NCBI GenBank assembly: GCA_012520855.1
Contig: JAAYNO010000093.1
Span: 1 to 53,063 of the forward strand
DNA from: Clostridiaceae bacterium
Lineage (GTDB): Bacteria; Bacillota; Clostridia; DSM-8532
Direction of reading: 5' to 3'
DNA: 53,063 bases
A model generated the notes under the pieces. The model searched no databases and was not told where the DNA came from. It saw only the letters and a program-made list of their open reading frames with translations. The translations under genes were made by a program, and so were the position numbers. Below, one piece after another: positions 46,257-53,063 of this stretch (position 1 is its first letter; each line of letters opens with the position of its first letter).

Positions 46257-46300
46257 TGGGAGCTTCCCTCCTTCTTATCTTCGTTTTGACTATCCTTACA

Positions 46301-46330
46301 ATTATACGGCTGATTTCTCATAAGAGTCAA
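46301..46330 (-). promoter_or_regulatory. Sigma-A type promoter for secDF
   Basis: Minus strand reads TTGACT, an 18 nt spacer, then TATAAT. Confidence 0.45.
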
Positions 46331-46384
46331 CAGCTTACAATTATTTACATGAATATTTAGTTACAAGAGCTGTTGCTCGTGTAA

Positions 46385-47737
46385 TCAATTACTTTCCTGC
46401 GCCTTGATCCACAGTGCGCATTCAACCCTTTTCTTTTCCAGTTCGCATTCTATTTCATAGGGTATCCTGATGTCATTATTAAACTTCCATGCGTTTGCAG
46501 CACATCCGCCACTGCAGTAAAACTTTGCCCAGCATGAACTGCACCGGGGCTTAGTGTAAACATTCGTCTCTCTGAAGGCTTCTCTTACAGTATTTTGGTT
46601 GAGCCCATCGTATATATTTCCTAAAAGAAATTCTTCATGGCCAACAAACTGATGGCATGGATAAAGCTCTCCTTCAGGGGTAACTGCCAGGTATTCGGTT
46701 CCGGAGCCGCAGCCTCGCATACGCTTGGCTATGCATGGTCCTCCCTCTAAATCGATCATAAAATGAAAGAAATTAAACCATTGTCCGTTTTTCCTGCGTT
46801 CAACATACTCTTTTGCTAAACGTTCATATTCATTGCAGACTGTATCAAGATCCTCTTCTCTTATATCGAGACCTGAATCCTTAGCGGCTACAACAGGCTC
46901 AACAGAAATCTGTTCAAACCCCAAATCGGCCATATGCAGAACATCGGCACCGAAATCAAGGTTCTTGCGGGTGAATGTGCCCCGAATATAGTACTGCTGC
47001 TCCCCCCGTTCTTCAGCCATCTTTTTGGCAAGAGGCAGAATCCGGTCATAGCTGCCGGTACCGTCAATACGTTTTCTTACCGCATCATTGACTTCTTTTC
47101 TGCCATCAAGGCTTAAAACAACATTATGCATATTCTCATTTATATAATTTTGCTTATCCTCGTCAAGAAGCATTACATTTGTGGTTATTGTAAATCTGAA
47201 ATTCTTGCCGGTCTTATTTTCTCTTACTCTTGCATACTCAACAATTCTTTTGACGACCTCAAAGTTCATAAGAGGTTCTCCGCCAAAGAAGTCCACCTCA
47301 AGGTTCCTTCTATTGCCCGAGTTTTCTATAAGGAAATCAATTGCTCTTTTCCCGACCTCCAGACTCATCAAAGATCGCCGGCCCATATACTCGCCTGTTC
47401 CGGCAAAACAATAGCTGCATCGTAAATTGCAGTCATGGGCGATATGCAGGCACAACGCCTTGACAACAGTTTGTTTCGTCCATGCCGGAAGCATTTCAGT
47501 ATACGGATCTTCGGTAAACAGCATATTTTTTTTCTTCAGGTATTCTATTTCTTCTATGGCTTCATTTATTTCTGCTTCTTTATATTGGCTAAGATTTTTT
47601 ATTTTATCATTATTAAGAACGCCATTTCTCTCGTAACAGCCCAAAACATCATAAGCAATATCATCAAATTGGTGTACCGCTCCGCTCATGACATCCAAAA
47701 CCATATTAGTACCATGGATCTTAAAGGAATGTATCAT
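46385..47737 (-). CDS. scfB: Radical SAM/SPASM maturase of the SCIFF peptide
   Basis: CNLRCSYC radical SAM triad and a C-terminal SPASM Cys cluster (CSSCWAKFYCSGGCAANA). Immediately downstream of the SCIFF peptide gene. Start at MIHSFKIHG sits behind AGGTGA. Confidence 0.85.
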   Translation of the reverse strand: MIHSFKIHGTNMVLDVMSGAVHQFDDIAYDVLGCYERNGVLNNDKIKNLSQYKEAEINEAIEEIEYLKKKNMLFTEDPYTEMLPAWTKQTVVKALCLHIAHDCNLRCSYCFAGTGEYMGRRSLMSLEVGKRAIDFLIENSGNRRNLEVDFFGGEPLMNFEVVKRIVEYARVRENKTGKNFRFTITTNVMLLDEDKQNYINENMHNVVLSLDGRKEVNDAVRKRIDGTGSYDRILPLAKKMAEERGEQQYYIRGTFTRKNLDFGADVLHMADLGFEQISVEPVVAAKDSGLDIREEDLDTVCNEYERLAKEYVERRKNGQWFNFFHFMIDLEGGPCIAKRMRGCGSGTEYLAVTPEGELYPCHQFVGHEEFLLGNIYDGLNQNTVREAFRETNVYTKPRCSSCWAKFYCSGGCAANAWKFNNDIRIPYEIECELEKKRVECALWIKAQESN

Positions 47738-47769
47738 AAAATTCACCTGTTGTTTTAGCATAAACTGTA

Positions 47770-47799
47770 GAACAAGTATGGCTGCCGCCATACTTGTTC
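47770..47799 (-). promoter_or_regulatory. Perfect 13 bp stem-loop between scfA and scfB
   Basis: GAACAAGTATGGC-4 nt-GCCATACTTGTTC. A second 6 bp hairpin lies at 47810..47827. Confidence 0.5.
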
Positions 47800-47857
47800 C
47801 TCTGACAAGAAGGGCCTTTAAGCCCTTACACAGCATAGATTAATTAAAGCATACACT

Positions 47858-47998
47858 TTATTTTCTTTCACACTCCTGATTGGCAACCGTGCAGGAAGTC
47901 TTGCAGGCTGACTGGCATGAAGTCTGGCATTCACCGCATCCAGCTTTTTTGATATCCTTATTCAATGTGGATTTATTGATTGTTTTGATGTGTTTCAT
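47858..47998 (-). CDS. scfA: SCIFF (six cysteines in forty-five residues) ribosomal peptide precursor
   Basis: Not in the ORF track. Hand translation: MKHIKTINKSTLNKDIKKAGCGECQTSCQSACKTSCTVANQECERK (46 aa, six Cys). RBS GGAGGAA. Confidence 0.85.
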   Translation of the reverse strand: MKHIKTINKSTLNKDIKKAGCGECQTSCQSACKTSCTVANQECERK

Positions 47999-48094
47999 AC
48001 AATGGTTCCTCCATATCTGATCTTTTAACAATATTAATATAACATAAGGTTTATATTGTGTATAGCCTAAGCGCGATTTAAGCGATATCGAAGA

Positions 48095-48484
48095 TTAAAA
48101 CTTATAATATAAGCCGGCGCTGTTTTCGTCAGGCTTAAAACCCAAAGATTCGTAAAGCAGATCATCCTTCGTATCGTCCTTTAATGTAAATTTGCTGCCG
48201 GGATAACATGTTAGAACTTTATCGATCATATTTTTGCATATATCCTTATCGCGGTATTCGCTATCCACAACCACATTTCTTATCAAGGCATTTTTTCCGT
48301 CAAATTCCACCTGGACAAAACCAACCATATAATCAAAGTCCCATGCGGTCAATACTAAAGCCGAGTTTTCCACCATTTGGACCAGATCCTTAAAGTTATC
48401 TGTCTCAACATCAGAGCCGGCCTCGGTAAACATTTCTATAAGGCGTATGTAATCGATATCATAGCCTTTTCGATATTTTATCAT
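48095..48484 (-). CDS. GNAT family N-acetyltransferase
   Basis: 129 aa. VVVDSEYRDKDICKNMIDKV resembles the acetyl-CoA binding motif A region. Confidence 0.65.
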   Translation of the reverse strand: MIKYRKGYDIDYIRLIEMFTEAGSDVETDNFKDLVQMVENSALVLTAWDFDYMVGFVQVEFDGKNALIRNVVVDSEYRDKDICKNMIDKVLTCYPGSKFTLKDDTKDDLLYESLGFKPDENSAGLYYKF

Positions 48485-48650
48485 GGTAACCCCCCGTTTT
48501 TACCTGTAGCATTAATATAATCATAATATTTTTTCATTCTTTTAACAAGCAGTATAATTCTTTTAAATATGTTGCCATGGCTACCGATTTTTTAATAATT
48601 ACCTGTTATTATTAGTAGTGTCCGAAAAAGAAAATGGGGAGGTACTTAAA

Positions 48651-49388
48651 ATGAAAAGAAGCATAATAAAAATCGATGAAGAAAAGTGCAACGGCTGCGG
48701 TTTATGTATAGACGCATGTCACGAAGGTGCTTTAAAGTTAATAAACGGAAAAGCCAGGCTTATTTCTGAATCTTATTGTGACGGCCTGGGAGCATGCTTA
48801 CCCGAGTGCCCTACAGGTGCGATTTCAATAGAAGAACGGGAGGCTGAAGCATTTGATGAAGAGGCCGTCAAGGCCAACATGGAAAGAATGAAGCAACAAA
48901 AGGCTCAGCAGGAAGCTTTGAAGTCTATGCCCTGTGGTTGTCCCGGTTCCAGAGCAAAAGTGATAGAAAGAAAACCATCTGCCCCAGTTTATAAGGATTA
49001 TAGCGGAATGAACGAAAAGCCTGTATCACAGTTGCGTCAATGGCCATGTCAGATCAAGCTTGTCTCACCGCAAGCGCCATATTTTGAAGGTGCACATCTG
49101 CTTGTTGCCGCAGATTGTACCGCTTATGCCTATGCAAACATTCACGAGGATTTCATGCGGAATAGAATAACGATAATTGGCTGCCCAAAACTGGATGATG
49201 GTGATTATTCAGATAAGCTTGCGGCGATTCTCAGTTACAATGACATTCAAAGTCTAACAGTGCTTCGAATGGAGGTGCCTTGCTGCAGCGGTCTTGCAAA
49301 TGCGGCAAAGAACGCGCTTATCAAAAGCGGAAAAATGATACCCTGGAATATAGTTACAATAACCACCGACGGTGAAATACTGGAGTAG
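48651..49388 (+). CDS. 4Fe-4S dicluster domain protein with a Cys-rich C-terminal domain, likely Hcp redox partner
   Basis: CNGCGLCIDAC and CDGLGACLPECP motifs, plus a later CPKLDD and VPCCSG. RBS GGGGAGG precedes MKRSIIK. Confidence 0.7.
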   Translation: MKRSIIKIDEEKCNGCGLCIDACHEGALKLINGKARLISESYCDGLGACLPECPTGAISIEEREAEAFDEEAVKANMERMKQQKAQQEALKSMPCGCPGSRAKVIERKPSAPVYKDYSGMNEKPVSQLRQWPCQIKLVSPQAPYFEGAHLLVAADCTAYAYANIHEDFMRNRITIIGCPKLDDGDYSDKLAAILSYNDIQSLTVLRMEVPCCSGLANAAKNALIKSGKMIPWNIVTITTDGEILE

Positions 49389-49389
49389 G

Positions 49390-49415
49390 AGTAGCTCACC
49401 CTTGGTGCTGGGCTA
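49390..49415. repeat. 26-nt hairpin repeat GTAGC(T/C)CA-CCCTT(G/A)GTGC-TGGGCTAC, copy upstream of hcp
   Basis: Nearly identical to 51173..51198, with 2 mismatches. Confidence 0.65.
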
Positions 49416-49426
49416 CGATTTCCAGG

Positions 49427-49513
49427 TGTCATTCTGAGCGCAGCGAAGAATCTTTATTGGCTGGGTATACGGGCCTTAAGATTCTTCACTTCGCTACGCT
49501 CCGTTCAGAATGA
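49427..49513. repeat. Palindromic intergenic element (GTCATTCTGAGCG...GAAGAATCTT-loop-AAGATTCTTC...CAGAATGAC), copy 2
   Basis: 87-nt imperfect palindrome. Same family as 43816..43924. Confidence 0.65.
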
Positions 49514-49604
49514 CAATATCAGTGAGAGAAAAATAAAACGTTTTAAAGCAACAAATACATGGTAGCAATTTAATGTACATTATATGAAAAGCGAGGTATA
49601 TACT

Positions 49605-51164
49605 ATGTCAATGTTTTGTTTTCAATGTGAGCAGACTGCTGGAGGAAAAGCATGTACAGTCGCAGGAGTGTGTGGTAAAAATGCAATTGTGGCTAATAAA
49701 CAGGATGAATTGACCTGCGCTCTGGTGGGACTTGCCCGAGCCGCCGTGAAAAAATCGTCAAAGAATGCTGATTTACTTATGATGGAAGGACTATTCACCA
49801 CAATAACAAATGTAAACTTTGACGAAGATTCAATAAGCGTACTGATATCCCGTATTGAAAATGAGAGAGACAAGCTGGGCGGGGCTGAAAATCTCCCTGT
49901 CGACGCTCTTTGGTCAGGCGATCCAGATATTCTTTCCCTAAGGTCTACACTTCTTTTAGGGCTCAGAGGAATGGCTGCATATGCATATCATGCTTATCAT
50001 TTGGGAAAAGAGGATCAGGAAGTAAACAATTGGTTCCATAAGGGAATGAGGGCTCTTGGAGAAGAATATTCAGTTGAAGAATGGCTTGAGCTTCTAATGG
50101 AATTTGGAAAAATAAATTTGAAGTGCATGGAATTGTTGGACAATGCCAATACATCAGCCTATGGTCATCCGGTTCCAACCAGGGTTTCAACTATTATAGA
50201 GAAAGGACCTTTCATAGTTGTCAGCGGACATGACCTTCTAGATCTGAAAATGCTTCTGGGGCAGACCGAAGGCAAAGGAATCAACATTTATACTCACGGT
50301 GAAATGCTTCCGGCTCATGGATATCCCGAATTGAAGAAATACAGCCATCTTAAGGGCAATTTCGGAACAGCATGGCAAAACCAGCAGAAGGAGTTTAAAG
50401 ACGTTCCCGGAGCGTTCCTATTTACTACAAACTGTCTGATGCCTCCAAGGAACACATATTCCGACCGTGTCTTCACAACAGCGGTTGTGGGATATCCAGG
50501 ACTTGTCCATATCGACAGCCGCGAAGACGGTACCAAGGATTTCACACCGATAATAGAAAAGGCTCTTGAATTGGGCGGCTATGAAGAAGAAAAGGTAATG
50601 ACCGGCATAAACGGCGGCACTGAACTTATGACGGGCTTTGGAAGAAACGCAGTTTTGAGTGTAGCCGATAAAGTGATCGATGCTGTCAAAACCGGAGCGA
50701 TTAAGCATTTCTTCCTGGTTGGCGGCTGTGACGGTGCCAAGCCCGGCAGAAACTACTATACCGAGTTTGTTGCTAAATCACCAAAGGATACCGTTATCCT
50801 CACACTTGCCTGCGGCAAGTTCCGGTTTAATGATTTGGATATAGGATCAATTGGCGGATTACCCCGTATCATGGATATGGGACAGTGCAATGACTCATAC
50901 TCGGCAATCCAAGTGGCATTAGCACTGGCCAAAGCTTTTAATTGCGGAGTCAACGAGCTGCCTCTGACTCTTGTTCTCTCATGGTATGAACAAAAGGCTG
51001 TCTGCGTCCTTCTGACGCTTTTAGCACTGGGGATCAAGAATATCTATATCGGCCCTTCGATTCCCGCATTTTTCTCCTCCAATGTTCTGAATGTGCTGGT
51101 AGAAAAATTCGGTTTGACCCCCATAAGCACACCTGAAGCCGATCTTGCAAAGATATTGGGATAA
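49605..51164 (+). CDS. hcp: Hybrid cluster protein / hydroxylamine reductase
   Basis: N-terminal MSMFCFQCEQTAGGKACT Cys motif. Length and internal motifs (VSGHDL, NCLMPP, GQCNDSY) match Hcp. Confidence 0.9.
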   Translation: MSMFCFQCEQTAGGKACTVAGVCGKNAIVANKQDELTCALVGLARAAVKKSSKNADLLMMEGLFTTITNVNFDEDSISVLISRIENERDKLGGAENLPVDALWSGDPDILSLRSTLLLGLRGMAAYAYHAYHLGKEDQEVNNWFHKGMRALGEEYSVEEWLELLMEFGKINLKCMELLDNANTSAYGHPVPTRVSTIIEKGPFIVVSGHDLLDLKMLLGQTEGKGINIYTHGEMLPAHGYPELKKYSHLKGNFGTAWQNQQKEFKDVPGAFLFTTNCLMPPRNTYSDRVFTTAVVGYPGLVHIDSREDGTKDFTPIIEKALELGGYEEEKVMTGINGGTELMTGFGRNAVLSVADKVIDAVKTGAIKHFFLVGGCDGAKPGRNYYTEFVAKSPKDTVILTLACGKFRFNDLDIGSIGGLPRIMDMGQCNDSYSAIQVALALAKAFNCGVNELPLTLVLSWYEQKAVCVLLTLLALGIKNIYIGPSIPAFFSSNVLNVLVEKFGLTPISTPEADLAKILG

Positions 51165-51172
51165 ATGTCACA

Positions 51173-51242
51173 GTAGCCCACCCTTAGTGCTGGGCTACTA
51201 CTCACCCTTTGCGCTGCGCGCCAACGCAGCACTTAGGGTGAG
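51173..51242. repeat. Hairpin repeat copy downstream of hcp, plus an adjacent nested palindrome
   Basis: 51173..51198 reads GTAGCCCA-CCCTTAGTGC-TGGGCTAC. 51201..51242 reads CTCACCCT...GCGCTGCG-CGCCAA-CGCAGCAC...AGGGTGAG and contains an inverted copy of the first hairpin's loop sequence. Confidence 0.6.
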
Positions 51243-51314
51243 AACATAAGGGTAGGCTACATTTTACGTTTTTCATTATAAAAAGGAGACAAGAATCTGT
51301 TCCCTTGCCCCATC

Positions 51315-51348
51315 AAAATGAGTATAAAGGACCGTCCCCAAAACTCAT
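51315..51348 (-). repeat. Dispersed copy of the GGGGACGG-core hairpin repeat
   Basis: AAAATGAGT-ATAAAGGACCGTCCCCAAA-ACTCAT. Its last base is the first base of the aminotransferase stop codon (51348..51350). Confidence 0.6.
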
Positions 51349-52541
51349 CAGTTAAGACCGAATTCTATAGCCAGCTTTGTAAAAGCATCAAGACTGCGTT
51401 CTATCATTCCCTTATCAACACAGTAGGCTATCCTTACATAACCCGGGCCGCAGAAGCCGGTGCCGGGTACAAGCAAAAGATTATATTTTGCGGCTGCTTT
51501 GCAGAAAGCCACATCATCTTCAATGGGCGCCTTTACGAACAGATAGAAAGCTCCCTGAGGCTTAACGCACTTAAAACCGACTTTTGTCAGATGATTATAT
51601 AGCATATCGCGCTTCATTTTGTAATTATCAATGTCAACTGCAACATCAAGATTGTCGGCAATGACCTTTTGGAAGAGCGAAGGCGCATTGACAAAGCCTA
51701 AAGTGCGGTTTAAGGTGACCATGACAGAAAATAGTTCATCAACCCCGGGAATCCTGCTGCTTGTGGCAATGTATCCTATTCTTTCTCCCGGCAGAGCCAA
51801 TGATTTACTGAAAGAGTTTATGGATATGCTCTTTTTAAAAATCGACAGGATATTGGGCACTTCCGCTCCGTCATATACCAGGCTGACATAAGGCTCATCG
51901 GATATAATAAAAATATTGATGCCCAGTTCAGCTTCTTTCTTTTCTAATGCCTTATTCAGCTTCTCAAGTGATTCCTTGCTGTAAATCGTTCCGGTAGGGT
52001 TATTGGGCGAATTAATAATTATTGCCTTTGTCATGTCGGTGATGGCCTTTTCCACAGCTTCCACATCGATCTGAAAACTGTCTTTAATGGTATTGACAAT
52101 AACCGGCTTGCCGCCTGCCTGCTCTATATAGGTTCCATACTCTACAAAGAACGGAGCCAGTACGATCACTTCCTCTCCCGGATTCAGAAGAGCTTTTAAA
52201 GTCACATTGAGGCCTGCAGCCGCTCCGCATACCATAACGATGTTGCTTTCATCAAGAGCAATACCGCACTTTTTTTGAAGATATGCCGCCACCTTCGCTC
52301 TGACTTCCGGATACCCTGCATTGTTCATGTATTTATGCAACCCCGGTTCATCGCTGTTGACATATTTCTTAAGAGTTTCAAGTACTTCGGCCGGCGGTTC
52401 CACTTCGGGGTTCCCAAGGCTGAAATCATATACATTATCTTCCCCGTATATCTTCTTTAAACGAGCCCCTTCTTCAAACATAGCCCGTATCATCGACGAC
52501 TTTTCAAGGTTTTCTGTCAGCTTTTTATTGAACATATCCAA
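51348..52541 (-). CDS. Class I/II pyridoxal-phosphate-dependent aminotransferase (aspartate/aromatic type)
   Basis: NSPNNPTG and SFSKSLALPGERIGY (PLP lysine). 397 aa. Confidence 0.85.
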   Translation of the reverse strand: MDMFNKKLTENLEKSSMIRAMFEEGARLKKIYGEDNVYDFSLGNPEVEPPAEVLETLKKYVNSDEPGLHKYMNNAGYPEVRAKVAAYLQKKCGIALDESNIVMVCGAAAGLNVTLKALLNPGEEVIVLAPFFVEYGTYIEQAGGKPVIVNTIKDSFQIDVEAVEKAITDMTKAIIINSPNNPTGTIYSKESLEKLNKALEKKEAELGINIFIISDEPYVSLVYDGAEVPNILSIFKKSISINSFSKSLALPGERIGYIATSSRIPGVDELFSVMVTLNRTLGFVNAPSLFQKVIADNLDVAVDIDNYKMKRDMLYNHLTKVGFKCVKPQGAFYLFVKAPIEDDVAFCKAAAKYNLLLVPGTGFCGPGYVRIAYCVDKGMIERSLDAFTKLAIEFGLN

Positions 52542-52550
52542 ATCCTCCCA

Positions 52551-53063
52551 TTAAAATGGTATGCCTTCCTTAATCAAATACTTCTCCTTGGTTTCTATCA
52601 GTTCTCTTATATAAGGATTCTCGTTTGAGTATAGAGTAGTGATTAACACCTGTGCATAGCGAAGATCATTAAGTGTTAAAGTCGGATAGTCTTTCACTCC
52701 ATATTCCCCGTTACCGTAATAACCATAATGGAGATCTCCTGTTTCAGTGTTGATCCAGGATGTCGCCGTATCCTCAATACCCGTAAGAATTTTTTCAGCC
52801 ACATTCAGATATTTAAAGTTACAGGTAGTCATAAACATCTCATAAAGGAAATTCATTTCATTCACCAGATGATTGAGCGATACGTGGGTTTTTATTCCGG
52901 GAGTCGCACTAAAACCATAATCATAGACTAAAAGTCCGTTGTTTTCTGTGATATACGAGCTGCCAAGAGCAAAGTCACAGTAGAAATCGGCAAATTCCAC
53001 AGCTGCTTTAAGCATATGCGGTTCATCAAATTTTCTATAGCCCCTTAGCAGAGAAAGCGCCGC
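52551..53063 (-). CDS. Hypothetical protein, C-terminal part (5' end beyond the right window edge)
   Basis: The frame stays open from 53015 to the window end. Lies 9 nt upstream of the aminotransferase start, so probably co-transcribed. No family recognised. Confidence 0.4.
   Translation of the reverse strand, partial: AALSLLRGYRKFDEPHMLKAAVEFADFYCDFALGSSYITENNGLLVYDYGFSATPGIKTHVSLNHLVNEMNFLYEMFMTTCNFKYLNVAEKILTGIEDTATSWINTETGDLHYGYYGNGEYGVKDYPTLTLNDLRYAQVLITTLYSNENPYIRELIETKEKYLIKEGIPF

Overview
This 53 kb window looks like core chromosome from a low-GC, spore-forming Firmicute (Clostridia-like), with about 55 genes that are mostly housekeeping. No database search was possible, so every family assignment below rests on motifs read from the translations.

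Gene content, left to right:
- A flavin-based extracellular-electron-transfer-like cluster cut by the left edge: NDH-2 fused to a DoxX-like domain, polyprenyl synthase, lipoprotein, ApbE and a small membrane protein.
- proA and prfC, then a divergent lexA / yneA-like SOS pair with three LexA boxes, then a YbaK-like deacylase next to tRNA-Pro(CGG).
- A small islet of orphan genes: a GNAT fragment, a TadG-like protein and an LL-H-holin-like protein.
- A PaaK-type phenylacetate-CoA ligase behind a T-box leader.
- A translationally coupled PII-like / DUF1538 membrane gene pair.
- A gerA-family germinant receptor operon (A, B, C plus an unannotated 53-aa ORF).
- A heterodimeric ABC exporter and an ABC-F ATPase.
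- A split purH (PurO-type IMP cyclohydrolase plus a stand-alone AICAR transformylase).
- The rpmG-secE-nusG-rplKAJL cluster and secDF.
- The SCIFF peptide, which the ORF track missed, with its radical SAM maturase.
- hcp with an Fe-S partner, and an aminotransferase.

I see no defence island, CRISPR array, transposase, integrase or prophage.

The observations most worth follow-up are:
1. The PII-like/DUF1538 pair, which carries exactly three non-identical PII-like domains.
2. A T-box whose specifier I read as UUC (Phe), controlling a phenylacetate-CoA ligase.
3. The EET-like cluster, whose lipoprotein has only a partial flavinylation motif.
4. Several families of short palindromic intergenic repeats that abut or supply stop codons and flank hcp.
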